Positions 17,545 through 27,697 of a stretch of 64,000 nt of DNA are shown here, piece by piece. Origin of the DNA: a virus; the IMG/VR virus record IMGVR_UViG_3300007162_000005; one strand, given 5' to 3'. Positions within the stretch are counted from its first letter, which is position 1; each line of letters starts with the position of its first letter. The position numbers were made by a program, and so were the translations under genes. The notes below the pieces were generated by a model. It saw only the letters and a list, made by a program, of their open reading frames with translations. It did not search any database and was not told the DNA's origin.

Positions 17545-18777
17545 TTAGGCCTTTCTGATATCCAAGTTAATGCTATAGTTAACGATATTATCATTATCAA
17601 ACACTAACAAAGTCTGAGAAGGGATGCTATATAGCCGTTTAGAGTTGGCATATTGGTCTGGTCCCACAATAGAACCGTTAATATAAACCCGTGTTTTTTG
17701 GAAAGACTTGAGTTTTTCATTGTGGTAGTGACCTAATAAGATTAAGTCTACGTGTTCGCTTGTTCCACCAACCCAGCTTTGATAAACTTGGTTAACAGTA
17801 TCAAGGTGACCATGAGAAAACATAACTACTTTACCGTTTTCTAAGGTAAATCTACCTAAATCTTCGTTAAGATTGTCATTAATAAACTTAATTTTAGTAT
17901 TTTTAAGTCTTTCTTGAATGAACCAATCAACTAATCTGTTGAAGTTATCTTTTTCAATCGCTTCAGATTTGTTAGCAATAGTTCTTGAGTGATTGTCTGT
18001 GCAACTACGATAAAGGACTTCTGGTGCAGCTTCTTGCAGTTTGTTTAAAGCCTTACTGATAATCTCACTGGCAACCATCACTTGGTCAATAACACCAAAT
18101 TGTTCTTCCACACGTGCCGAAACATGGATTAAGCCATGAACTAAGTCACCCAAGTTAATAAAGTTTAGTTTTTTAACATTGTTATCCTTGCAGTATTGAA
18201 TAGTATCCTCTACAAGTTTCATAACACGTACTTCAGCAATACTGGAGTTAAATACGTTATACCAATCATTAACCTCAACACCGATGTGTAAGTCGCTGAA
18301 CAATAGAATAGCTTCTTTCTTTGTATTTGATTTTTGTGCTTCATAAGTAACCTGTGGAAGTTCTTTTAACTTACTCACTGTTTCTTTGATAGCATCTTTA
18401 AGTGCATCAATACGAGATTCATCTCTTAGCTTTCTATTTAAAGCAGTTCTTTCATCACGAACACGTTGATGTAATTTAAATAATTCTTCTGCCTTATTGA
18501 CAACATCTTCTTCAGTAATATCAGTAATAGTCTTATCACTTAACACGTTAACATTTTTCATTAGAGTTCCATCCCTATCCTGTCTTCGGACAACAAACTT
18601 TCTATATTGTTCTCCGGTATATTCTGTCCCTACAACGGCTGCAAGCTCATCCCAGTTTTTATCTCTACCAATAAGCTTTTTGTGAGCAACACCTATTTGA
18701 TAAAGCTCATCTGGGGTATATGTCCCAGGCTTCTTGTTAAACGAGGCTACGTACTCAATAAACTCTTGCTTAGTCAT
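17545..18777 (-). CDS. Calcineurin-like metallophosphoesterase
   Basis: FSDLHIG, LGDLVHG, DNHSR, FSHGH, LLGHYH. Confidence 0.85.
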   Translation of the reverse strand: MTKQEFIEYVASFNKKPGTYTPDELYQIGVAHKKLIGRDKNWDELAAVVGTEYTGEQYRKFVVRRQDRDGTLMKNVNVLSDKTITDITEEDVVNKAEELFKLHQRVRDERTALNRKLRDESRIDALKDAIKETVSKLKELPQVTYEAQKSNTKKEAILLFSDLHIGVEVNDWYNVFNSSIAEVRVMKLVEDTIQYCKDNNVKKLNFINLGDLVHGLIHVSARVEEQFGVIDQVMVASEIISKALNKLQEAAPEVLYRSCTDNHSRTIANKSEAIEKDNFNRLVDWFIQERLKNTKIKFINDNLNEDLGRFTLENGKVVMFSHGHLDTVNQVYQSWVGGTSEHVDLILLGHYHNEKLKSFQKTRVYINGSIVGPDQYANSKRLYSIPSQTLLVFDNDNIVNYSINLDIRKA

Positions 18778-18780
18778 GTT

Positions 18781-19353
18781 TTACTTACCTTCTCCTTTAT
18801 CCGTTATATCAATAACGACTGGTTCTTCTTTTACCGGTGACCTAACCGCTTTTAATAACTGTGTTACGGCATCTATAACTCTTTCTTTAGAATCCCTGTC
18901 TATCTTTTCCCCACCAACATTCACATTGATTGAATTGTTTTGTTGGTTTATCTGTATAGCAGGTGAGTTATCAATTTTGGCTATAGACTCTTGAGACCTT
19001 TGAATTTCATCCCCTACAACCTTCATATAGTCTAGGAGTTCTTTATTGCTAATCTCATATGGTCTCTTTTCAAATCTTTCTATTGCTTGGTCATTAACCT
19101 TGTCTAGAAGATTGTTTAGTTTGATTACCCTTAGAGCATTCTTCTTAGCCTGATTGATTTCAAACAACTTTGTAAGAGTCTTTAGTTCATCTACATTTTC
19201 TGCATCTACAATGTCTTGAACAAGATTGATAGATGATTCTTCTAAAGCAAGGGTATCTATCTCTACAGGCAATAAATCATCCTTGGGAGGTGTTGGTTTG
19301 TCCGCTACCACCTGTTCAGTAGTGCCATCTGGTTTCTTGTTTTCTTCGTTCAT
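18781..19353 (-). CDS. Hypothetical coiled-coil protein
   Basis: 190-aa ORF. Confidence 0.7.
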   Translation of the reverse strand: MNEENKKPDGTTEQVVADKPTPPKDDLLPVEIDTLALEESSINLVQDIVDAENVDELKTLTKLFEINQAKKNALRVIKLNNLLDKVNDQAIERFEKRPYEISNKELLDYMKVVGDEIQRSQESIAKIDNSPAIQINQQNNSINVNVGGEKIDRDSKERVIDAVTQLLKAVRSPVKEEPVVIDITDKGEGK

Positions 19354-19715
19354 TAAAATAGGTCCTTATAGATATTTGTTAGCTTGTTTACCAAGGAAGC
19401 GTCTAAAACGTCCTCTAATAAATTTTGCTGGTTAATAAACGAGTTTTTTACACTTTCCTCTAATTTTTCTCCTGGGACGAACTTATACTGGATTGAGTCG
19501 TCTTCAAGCTTAATGAATAATGTCCCTAACCCTATGTTAAGTTCAATGACACTTTCATTAGTAAGTCTTGCTTCAACCACAGCTTCAGCAATAGCATAAA
19601 CCATCTTATCGATGATTTTTTTAAGTGCCTTTTCTGGAATGGTTGTCAATACCGCAGTATCTTTAACTATATTAATTTCTTCCATCTTTTTGTCCATCTT
19701 CGGAGTCCTTCCCAT
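19353..19715 (-). CDS. Hypothetical protein
   Basis: 120-aa ORF. Confidence 0.65.
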   Translation of the reverse strand: MGRTPKMDKKMEEINIVKDTAVLTTIPEKALKKIIDKMVYAIAEAVVEARLTNESVIELNIGLGTLFIKLEDDSIQYKFVPGEKLEESVKNSFINQQNLLEDVLDASLVNKLTNIYKDLF

Positions 19716-19917
19716 ATTTTTTAATTATTCCTTTCAACATTGTTATTGAGTTTCTAGAAGCAAGGTATCTTGTAGTTTCTTCAAGGTTCTGTTGATATTG
19801 CTCTAGAGAGTGTTGAAGTTTTTTAGATACACGCTTTTTGATAAGCATTGCTTTGTTGTGATTTTTAGTTAAATGTTTAAATTCCTTTAATATATTATAC
19901 AACTTTTCTTTAAACAT
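19672..19917 (-). CDS. Small basic hypothetical protein (true start probably internal)
   Basis: A promoter motif at 19893-19903 lies inside the annotated 5' end. Confidence 0.45.
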   Translation of the reverse strand: MFKEKLYNILKEFKHLTKNHNKAMLIKKRVSKKLQHSLEQYQQNLEETTRYLASRNSITMLKGIIKKYGKDSEDGQKDGRN

Positions 19918-19919
19918 TA

Positions 19920-20294
19920 TTATTTTCTCCTAAAGTCGTACTTGTCAAGAATCTTAACTATCTTAAAATATGCTTCCCTTGTGTCATTGTTTTGGAATTC
20001 TGGTTCAATGTTTTTAAAGGCTTTGTTAAAATCAAGACCTTCTAAGTTAACTGCTTGATATAAAACTAAAGCTCTAATAATTTGATTGAACTCATCTAGG
20101 GTAGGAACTTTAATAGTTGTGCCGCCATAATATTCAAGGAAGTTAAATAAACTTTCTTTATCAAGGATATAGGCCAGTTCACTCAATGTTGAGTATTCTG
20201 GAATATCTTTCATTTTAAAGATGGCAAACAGAATCAATGAATAAACATCTGTTAGTTGAAGTGATTCTAATTTTTCTTTTGTTTCTTTTCTCAT
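19920..20294 (-). CDS. Mor/C-like transcription activator domain protein
   Basis: LDKESLFNFLEYYGGTTIKVPT resembles the Mor-family FGG..IYIP motif. Confidence 0.5.
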   Translation of the reverse strand: MRKETKEKLESLQLTDVYSLILFAIFKMKDIPEYSTLSELAYILDKESLFNFLEYYGGTTIKVPTLDEFNQIIRALVLYQAVNLEGLDFNKAFKNIEPEFQNNDTREAYFKIVKILDKYDFRRK

Positions 20295-21140
20295 TTACAT
20301 TTCCTCATCATTATCAGTTTGGTCTGTATTATATGCAGACATCATGATAGCTTTTAAGTCTTCTTCCGGCAATTCGTATGACTTTTTGATTTCAATTAAG
20401 TCTCTACCGAACTTTCTTCTAACTTTATTTGTAAGTATTTCTACATAACTTAATAAAGATTCATCTAATCGCCACAGAATTGTACTAATCTCTTTTTCTT
20501 TTTCTAACATCTTAATTGCTGTATTGTCGGTGTCAAGCATCTTAACTTCACGACGTTGTAGCTTTTGAATACCTTGATTAGTTAATGTCACACCGTTTAA
20601 GAAAGATAGTAACACAGACATGTACAATCTTCTTGCGATTAGGACATCATTTTTATAGGGGGACTCTTTGACTACTTCATTAATATACTTGGGTAAATAA
20701 TCTAATTGCTTATAAATTTCATCCATTAAACCTTCCCTGTAATCTGCAAGAATAGGTGCATGTAAGTTGTTTTTTAATCTCTCACCGTTAATTCTATCAT
20801 CTACTTCTGGATTAATAACTTCATCATAGTTTTCTTTTTGATAATCAACTTTAAGTGGGTAGATAACAGCTTTGATGTAGTTAAGAATCGATTTGATTGG
20901 TTTTTCTAGTTTATCTTGATTGATTGCTCTCATGTAAATTTTACTTGCAGCGTATAAAGCAAATTCATCATAGTCTGCATAATCATGAAAATACTTTGCC
21001 TTGTTGGCTAACATATAAACAAGATGATATACATATTCATAAAGAATGTTATCATCTCTGTTTGGTTTCTTTATGTGCTTATCAAAAAAGATGGCCATTT
21101 CTGTATAGGATACGTTTTTAGGTTTACTGTATGTGCTCAT
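20295..21140 (-). CDS. Hypothetical protein, possibly sigma-factor-like
   Basis: Helical; weak resemblance to region 2; adjacent to sbcCD as gp55 is to gp46/47 in T4-like phages. Confidence 0.3.
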   Translation of the reverse strand: MSTYSKPKNVSYTEMAIFFDKHIKKPNRDDNILYEYVYHLVYMLANKAKYFHDYADYDEFALYAASKIYMRAINQDKLEKPIKSILNYIKAVIYPLKVDYQKENYDEVINPEVDDRINGERLKNNLHAPILADYREGLMDEIYKQLDYLPKYINEVVKESPYKNDVLIARRLYMSVLLSFLNGVTLTNQGIQKLQRREVKMLDTDNTAIKMLEKEKEISTILWRLDESLLSYVEILTNKVRRKFGRDLIEIKKSYELPEEDLKAIMMSAYNTDQTDNDEEM

Positions 21141-23020
21141 TTTATTTTACTAAATCCCCTTTCGTCTTTTATGACGGTAATTATATCATCATAAGGAATC
21201 TTGAGCGATTCATTATGTGAGATTATAAATATGCTTTCTACATCGTTTAACTTCTTAGATATTAGATTCAATACATTGGTTGTCCCCTTTATGTCTAAGT
21301 TATCAAAGATTTCATCTAGAACGATAATGTTGCTAGTGAAGGATAGGTATTGACTCATCATGTCTCTCACGGCAAACTGAATAATAAGGTCTACTCTTTG
21401 CTTTTCTCCTCCCGATAAGTTCTCAAACGACTTGCCACAATAACTTATATCAATGTTATTGCCATCAAGTTTGAAGTCTAGCTCAGATGTTCCAAACACT
21501 TCTTGAGAGTACTCTTTTGCTTTCCTGTCAATAAAGGATATAACACTTGATAATAAGAATCCTCTAAAGTCCCTTTTAACTAAGGTAGACATCTTAGTAA
21601 TTACATCTATGTGCTTTTGCAACTCTTCTTTGTTCTTGGTGTCAGAATCAATCTTATTCTTAAGGGACTCCATTGTTGTTTGAGCCTCTTTAATCTTATC
21701 TTCTAACTTTTGTTTGTTATCAAAGAAGTTCTTCTTTTCATTCTGTAAGGATGTGATTTCATTACTTAGTTTTATCTTTTTATCTGCAAGGATGTTAATG
21801 CTGTCAACTGGCCCATACTGTAAGTTAGTAATCTCAGATTTAACCTTTGTCAACTCTTCTCTGGTTCTTGCGGTATCTAATTCATACTGCTTGTTATATT
21901 CTGCTGTCTCTTTTTCCACTGTAGAGTTATAAGCACTAATTTGAGCAATAAGGCCATCTCTCTTAGCATGATAGTCTAAATACAGTTTATCCTTCTCTGA
22001 GGTATCTGGTTTAAGTGCACCAGGTATCTTTTGACCACAGGTTGGACAAGTATCCTTAATTGCCTTTAATTTAGTGATTTCCCCCTCTAAAGTCTTAATT
22101 AAGACGTTAAGGGTAGTTAATTCTTCTTTTAAGGGCTCAAGATGCTTCTGAGCCTCTTTTGACTTGTTTGCAAGGTACTCTGACTTCTTAAGTGTTTCTT
22201 GGGATATGCTTTCAGTTAGATAACTCAAGCGTTGGTTGAAGGAATCAAGTCTTCCTTGATAGTTTTGATGTCTAATCGATATTTGGTCTAATTCCAGTTG
22301 TTTTTTAGTAATTATTGAGTCATAATCAATAACAACCTTAGTTTTAGATAGTTCTTCGGTTAGTTTAACATACTGTTGAGTATAAACAGATAGTTGAGAG
22401 GTTAATCCTAGTAAAGTATCCTCAAGAGTTCTCTTGGTAGTAGAAAGGTGGTTAGTCCTACGTTCTATCCTGTCTTTGATGTCCTGAATCATGAAGTCTG
22501 ACTTAGACAGCTTCTCTAATACCTCTTTTCGTCCACTAGGGCTGTGATTTGAAAATTTATGAGGTAAACCCTGTCCGAGGATGATTACGCTTCCTATAAG
22601 CTCTGTATTGAGGTCTGGAAGGTATTGTAGGAGGAGTTGTTGAGATTCCTTAATCCCTTTACCACTCATGTCCTTACCATTGATGACAATCTTAAGGTCT
22701 GTGCCTACATCTGAATATTCCTTAAATCGTGTAATTTCATAGTTATTCCCATCAACATTGAAGAAAAGCTTAACAAAACATCCATCCTGGCCATTTATGT
22801 TTACAATGTTAGACTTTAGCCCTTGAATGGTTTCTCCTGTTAAAGCATAGGAAATCGCAGACCAAATACTAGATTTACCTGACCCATTAGAGATGGCAGA
22901 GTCTTTAGGGTTGTTATTAACACCCTTGACCACAGAGTAACCACGGTCAGACAAGGTAAGTTCTGCATCCCCAAAAGAAAGGAAGTTATGTAAAACAACC
23001 TTTTCAAACTTAATCTTCAT
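21137..23020 (-). CDS. sbcC: SbcC/Rad50/gp46-like ATPase
   Basis: Walker A NGSGKS, CPTC zinc hook, LSGGE signature, VLDE. Confidence 0.93.
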   Translation of the reverse strand: MKIKFEKVVLHNFLSFGDAELTLSDRGYSVVKGVNNNPKDSAISNGSGKSSIWSAISYALTGETIQGLKSNIVNINGQDGCFVKLFFNVDGNNYEITRFKEYSDVGTDLKIVINGKDMSGKGIKESQQLLLQYLPDLNTELIGSVIILGQGLPHKFSNHSPSGRKEVLEKLSKSDFMIQDIKDRIERRTNHLSTTKRTLEDTLLGLTSQLSVYTQQYVKLTEELSKTKVVIDYDSIITKKQLELDQISIRHQNYQGRLDSFNQRLSYLTESISQETLKKSEYLANKSKEAQKHLEPLKEELTTLNVLIKTLEGEITKLKAIKDTCPTCGQKIPGALKPDTSEKDKLYLDYHAKRDGLIAQISAYNSTVEKETAEYNKQYELDTARTREELTKVKSEITNLQYGPVDSINILADKKIKLSNEITSLQNEKKNFFDNKQKLEDKIKEAQTTMESLKNKIDSDTKNKEELQKHIDVITKMSTLVKRDFRGFLLSSVISFIDRKAKEYSQEVFGTSELDFKLDGNNIDISYCGKSFENLSGGEKQRVDLIIQFAVRDMMSQYLSFTSNIIVLDEIFDNLDIKGTTNVLNLISKKLNDVESIFIISHNESLKIPYDDIITVIKDERGFSKIK

Positions 23021-24111
23021 TACTTGTTACCCCCACTAATATGGGTAAGTTCTTCTTTAATGACTTCAGAATCACCTATAGTTTGAATAATAAACTCAGA
23101 AAACTTCTGTAAATAGTCCATGTTGCTTAAAGATATCTCGTCCATGTATGCTTTATTTGCAACTACTTCTTCTCGATATGCAACAATCTTATGCTCTACA
23201 ATGTTAGGGACAATCTTAATCACAGAACGAAGTTGGTCCATAAGTTCTTCTTTGCATCTAAAGGTAACAACAGCATTAGTCTTTAAAAGGCTTAGTTTCT
23301 TGAAATCAGCATTTTCTTTAATATCAACATGGTAAAAGTTAAAGGCATGTGGGTTTTCGTGAAAGTCTAATGCCAATGTGTCTGTATCTAAGGTAGCAGC
23401 ATAGTGTCTATAACGATAGGCATCCTCACTAAAGTTCTGACCTGTAAGGTTACCTAAATTTAAAATAGTGTCTTTACTGTTAAGGAAGGTGCTATTATGT
23501 AAATGGCCGTTTAAGTAAAGAGTACTGTTTTCCTCAATGTCCTTTAAGTTAAAACCTTCTTTGGATTCAAACATACCATATCGAATACCTATGATATCGT
23601 TATGACTCAAGACAATGTTATGGACAGTAGGTATGCCAATAGACATCTCTGTAACATATTCTTTTACTGTCTTTCTGTTTTCTTCTAGTGTATATGGCAA
23701 AAAGTAAAGACTTGACTTCTCATCTAACACAAGTCTTTGTGGTTTATCAATGACCGAAAAGCCCTTCCTTTCAAGAGCTTTTGTTGAGCTGTACTCTAAG
23801 GAAGAAACGCTAGATTCATGGTTTCCAACCAAGAAGTAGTGAGGGACAGCCATATTCCAGGTTATATCCTGTAATGCAGTAATCTCTTCGCTATTCAGCA
23901 CAGCTGAGTCAAAGAAGTCTCCCAAACAAATAACCATATCACAGCCTAATTGCTTTGATAGGTTTTCAGCCCAATTTAAGCTCGCTATAAGGTTTTCTAA
24001 TCGTTGGGAGTACTTTATACCCCTTTTCCTTACAATCGAGCTGTATTGAGACCAGTGTGGGTCTGTATAAAACAAAATCTTACTCATTAATGTCCTCTTA
24101 TTATTATACAA
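23020..24111 (-). CDS. sbcD: SbcD/Mre11/gp47-like nuclease
   Basis: TDPHW, LGDFFD, VGNHE, SHND, NGHLH. Confidence 0.9.
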   Translation of the reverse strand: MYNNKRTLMSKILFYTDPHWSQYSSIVRKRGIKYSQRLENLIASLNWAENLSKQLGCDMVICLGDFFDSAVLNSEEITALQDITWNMAVPHYFLVGNHESSVSSLEYSSTKALERKGFSVIDKPQRLVLDEKSSLYFLPYTLEENRKTVKEYVTEMSIGIPTVHNIVLSHNDIIGIRYGMFESKEGFNLKDIEENSTLYLNGHLHNSTFLNSKDTILNLGNLTGQNFSEDAYRYRHYAATLDTDTLALDFHENPHAFNFYHVDIKENADFKKLSLLKTNAVVTFRCKEELMDQLRSVIKIVPNIVEHKIVAYREEVVANKAYMDEISLSNMDYLQKFSEFIIQTIGDSEVIKEELTHISGGNK

Positions 24112-24117
24112 CTTTTT

Positions 24118-24630
24118 TTAAACAATTCCAGCCATCCAGTATGGTTTTTCACGTTTTTTCCATGACCAGATAGTCTTCTTCTCATGGATATAGTATTGTC
24201 TATATGATTCAACAGCATTACCTGGAATCTTATATTGGTCAGGCATGGCAAGGGCAAATGGGGTTAATGTTGTGGTTATAGGCATACCTTGTGGGATATG
24301 GGAAAGGTTTTCTACAAGATTGCTGGTAGAATGAATCTTTCCATAACGGTGAGTGTATTCTTGAAGCAAGAACTTTAACAAAGCAAATGCCCAGGTATAG
24401 TTAGTGCTGTTGGTTCTAACCCAGATAGCAGATGGGTGATTGACGTGAGTCTTTTTATAGACTAACGGAGCAATAGGACTATTATAGTAATGGTGGGCAG
24501 TTGAAAGAAGTTGTGCTGTTTCCACAATCATCTTGACAACATGCTTATCCCCGTGGTATACTGCTGCCACTGCTGGATTTTCGTCTAATACAAATATGTT
24601 CATTGTTTTTACCTCGGTATTATTATACAC
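24118..24630 (-). CDS. Pyrimidine-dimer DNA glycosylase (T4 DenV family); likely start at MNIFVLD
   Basis: MNIFVLD.P...A.YHGDKHVVKMIVETAQLLSTAH...HPSAIWVR. Confidence 0.8.
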   Translation of the reverse strand: MYNNTEVKTMNIFVLDENPAVAAVYHGDKHVVKMIVETAQLLSTAHHYYNSPIAPLVYKKTHVNHPSAIWVRTNSTNYTWAFALLKFLLQEYTHRYGKIHSTSNLVENLSHIPQGMPITTTLTPFALAMPDQYKIPGNAVESYRQYYIHEKKTIWSWKKREKPYWMAGIV

Positions 24631-24939
24631 CTATTGTTTTGGTTTGTCAATACTAAAAAGAATATCTGTGGTATTAGTTTTACTATCGATGTCATTTGAG
24701 TTATTAAACACAACAGGCATATCATTAACCCAGGTTTGTTCTGGAAGTTTTATCTCTTGAGGTTTAACAACATCGTATTGAGCTGGAACATAGACGTGTT
24801 GAGTGTTACCACAGCTGGAACATTTATACTCCATCTCTGAAGGCGGTGTGCCATTTGGAACATAAACAGAATAAACAATTCCTACACTCGTTGGAACAAA
24901 CAATGTTCCTTGGCATTTTCCGCAGATTAACTTACTCAT
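24631..24939 (-). CDS. Zn-ribbon protein
   Basis: CGKC...CSSC. Confidence 0.6.
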   Translation of the reverse strand: MSKLICGKCQGTLFVPTSVGIVYSVYVPNGTPPSEMEYKCSSCGNTQHVYVPAQYDVVKPQEIKLPEQTWVNDMPVVFNNSNDIDSKTNTTDILFSIDKPKQ

Positions 24940-24951
24940 AATTATTCTCCT

Positions 24952-25878
24952 TTAAATATTATATCTTAACATGTTTGTTATGATATAATCAATTAACCTT
25001 TCATTTGATAATTGTAATAAACCTGATTTGAGTTTAAAATCTATAGATGTAATGAACTCTAACGTGTTTGCAAGACGTTCTTCTGACAGGTTTCCGTAGC
25101 TGTATGATATTGCCTTAAATTGCTTTTCACTCATACCAAGTGATTCCGGTGTTGATTTGATGTTGAGTTTAACTTTAATTATATTTAGAATGTTTCTATG
25201 TAGTAATGTAACTAATCCCATCGGTTCAATTCCTATGGCATTTATTTCTGTTAGGGCTGTAGTAAGAGTTCTTGTATCTTTTTTTAATATCGAGTTTATT
25301 AAATCAAATATTGTCATTGAACTTAAATCACTATAGCCATCTTCATTATTAATTTGTTTGAATAACTCTAATTGTTTTTCTTTGGGAAATATACTTAGTT
25401 TTAATACTTCATTATAAACCCTATAAATATCCCCCTTAGTTATTTCGTACAACCACTTAATGTGGTGTTCTTCAAGTCCCGGAGCTTGTTGTTTCAAGTA
25501 ATCTAATATTTGCCATTCTTGTATTTTGGGAAGGTTAGTGTAAGTACCTGTTGCAACAACATCCCTTTTTGTTTTAATATCTATCTCATTACATACCACT
25601 ATAACATTCTTATACCCGGAGAAGTTTTCTATGTCTGTCACAAATTTTTCAGTATTTAAAATATACAAGTTGTTATCTTTTCTATCAAACACACCAGTAT
25701 CTTTGGAAACTTCGTTTAAAGAATCTATATACACTTTTTGTTTATTCTTAATTCTTGCTATTTCATTAACGTATTGATTAGCGAGAAAAGTATTATCTGA
25801 GTATACCAAAACAAAGAATGAATCAGTAATCATTCCTTTTTCTACTCTTGACTTTAAATCTTTTATTTTGATTTCCAT
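24952..25878 (-). CDS. holA: Clamp-loader delta subunit-like
   Basis: Size, degenerate AAA+ architecture (GDIYRVYNEVLKL) and position next to dnaX/holB-like genes. Confidence 0.6.
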   Translation of the reverse strand: MEIKIKDLKSRVEKGMITDSFFVLVYSDNTFLANQYVNEIARIKNKQKVYIDSLNEVSKDTGVFDRKDNNLYILNTEKFVTDIENFSGYKNVIVVCNEIDIKTKRDVVATGTYTNLPKIQEWQILDYLKQQAPGLEEHHIKWLYEITKGDIYRVYNEVLKLSIFPKEKQLELFKQINNEDGYSDLSSMTIFDLINSILKKDTRTLTTALTEINAIGIEPMGLVTLLHRNILNIIKVKLNIKSTPESLGMSEKQFKAISYSYGNLSEERLANTLEFITSIDFKLKSGLLQLSNERLIDYIITNMLRYNI

Positions 25879-25879
25879 A

Positions 25880-26680
25880 TTAATTTTGTGCCAGTTTCCA
25901 TATTGTAACCAAGAAGTTATCCATTAACACTTCTTTGTTTATCTTAGGAGCATTTAACATGTACTTATATTCTGACACTTTATTATACAATTTAAAGTAG
26001 AACTCATTGTTATTCTTTATATATTCTTCGTTTAAAGCTAAGATTAAAGCATTAAAGAACATATTGATATCAAACTTATCTATATTGTCTTTATAGTTCA
26101 TCTTATCCGAAATGCTAAGAGTATTTGGTAACGTTGCATCTTTAATTTTATTAACTATCTTGATAACCAATTCATAAAGACTTTCTAACTTAACCTCATC
26201 GGTTTCAATTAACTGACCAGGAGTCGTTGAAATCTTTAATGCTAATTGTTTATTAGTTTCTTTTTCATACTTAATGAACGAGGAAAGTTCTTGAATCGTG
26301 TATGGCTCAAACGAATAAACAACACATCTGTTTAAGACTGTGTCAAGAAGTTGATTCTTATCTTCTGTCAATAAAATAATAAAAGAGTTACTAACGGGTT
26401 CCTCTATGAACTTCAGTATAACATTTTGTTCTTTTTCAGTTATTAAAGTGGTATTGATTAGATAGATAGCCGGTATAGCCCTTAATTGAACTTCTAAGAT
26501 ATACTCAAAAGAAATGTTTTTAGTAATATCAATAACATCTAATTTTAAATGTGGTGCTATTACATGATTAACTAAAAGATGTTTGCCACAACCACGGTTA
26601 CCCAATAGTAACAGTGTTTGAGGAAAGGTTTTTATGTTATATGATTTAATGTCATTAATAAGTCTTTGTTGACCAATCAT
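25880..26680 (-). CDS. holB: Clamp-loader delta-prime subunit-like
   Basis: LLGNRGCGK, NVILKFIEEP, LDTVLNRC. Confidence 0.7.
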   Translation of the reverse strand: MIGQQRLINDIKSYNIKTFPQTLLLLGNRGCGKHLLVNHVIAPHLKLDVIDITKNISFEYILEVQLRAIPAIYLINTTLITEKEQNVILKFIEEPVSNSFIILLTEDKNQLLDTVLNRCVVYSFEPYTIQELSSFIKYEKETNKQLALKISTTPGQLIETDEVKLESLYELVIKIVNKIKDATLPNTLSISDKMNYKDNIDKFDINMFFNALILALNEEYIKNNNEFYFKLYNKVSEYKYMLNAPKINKEVLMDNFLVTIWKLAQN

Positions 26681-26683
26681 AGT

Positions 26684-27697
26684 TTAACCCCTGCAAATCT
26701 TTAATAGTGAAACGGTTATTGTTGTTTTGATAGAGGTGTCTGTCTTAATAAGGTTTTTAAGGTCAAGAATGTTTGAAGTAAGCTTACTGTAATAAGCAAC
26801 ATTATTTGTAATGCTTGTAGAATACTTAATCTCTTTTTCCATAGACACAGGAATCTTGATTACTTTCATATCATTAAATAAACAGAACTTGTTTAAATCC
26901 AATGTAAAGTCAAGATATGAATCTATAAACAGCTTAAGGTCTATGCCTTCGGCATGGGTGTTTTCCACAATATTAACAACCTCTTTCTCGTTGCCATCAA
27001 TGATGGCATTGGTTAATTTAAAGAAAGACTCGTGTGAAAAGTTACCAAGGCTCTTAAGAACATTGGCGATACTAAGGTCTGTGGAATAGTTAGAACTCTT
27101 TTCAAGCATTGAAATAGCATCTCTCATGCCACCATCTGCAAGTTTAGAGATATAATCACAGGCTTCAGTGTAATTAGTAAAACCTTCTTGTTTAGAGATG
27201 TGTTCTAATCTTGCCTTGATGTGGTCTGAAGGTACCTTCGTAAGATTAAAGTTCATCCAGCGATTCCTAATAGTTGAAGGAACCTTTTGTAAGTCAGTGG
27301 TGCAGAACATAAAGATAGTATAAGCAGGTGGTTCTTCAATAGTCTTAAGGAAAGCATTCCAACCAGCTGTAGTAATCATATGGCATTCGTCAATGATATA
27401 AATCTTATATTCGGAGTCGATGCTTCTTTCTTTAGAATCATGGATGATATTACGAATATTATCCACACCGTTATTAGATGCACCATCTATTTCAATAGGA
27501 TTACCTTTACCATTATTAATGGCATTAGCAAAGATTCTAGCAAGGGTTGTCTTACCAACACCTGTGGGCCCAGAGAATCCATAAACATTAAAATACTTTT
27601 TAAGTTCTAACTGTTTAGTTAAAATTTTTACAGTAGATGTTTGACTTGAAACATCACTAAATGTTTGTGGTCTGTACTTGACTGCTAGTGATTTCAT
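26684..27697 (-). CDS. dnaX: Clamp-loader gamma/tau ATPase
   Basis: KYRPQTF, GPTGVGKTT, EIDGASN, IIDECH, NAFLKTIEEP, GGMRDA. Confidence 0.92.
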   Translation of the reverse strand: MKSLAVKYRPQTFSDVSSQTSTVKILTKQLELKKYFNVYGFSGPTGVGKTTLARIFANAINNGKGNPIEIDGASNNGVDNIRNIIHDSKERSIDSEYKIYIIDECHMITTAGWNAFLKTIEEPPAYTIFMFCTTDLQKVPSTIRNRWMNFNLTKVPSDHIKARLEHISKQEGFTNYTEACDYISKLADGGMRDAISMLEKSSNYSTDLSIANVLKSLGNFSHESFFKLTNAIIDGNEKEVVNIVENTHAEGIDLKLFIDSYLDFTLDLNKFCLFNDMKVIKIPVSMEKEIKYSTSITNNVAYYSKLTSNILDLKNLIKTDTSIKTTITVSLLKICRG

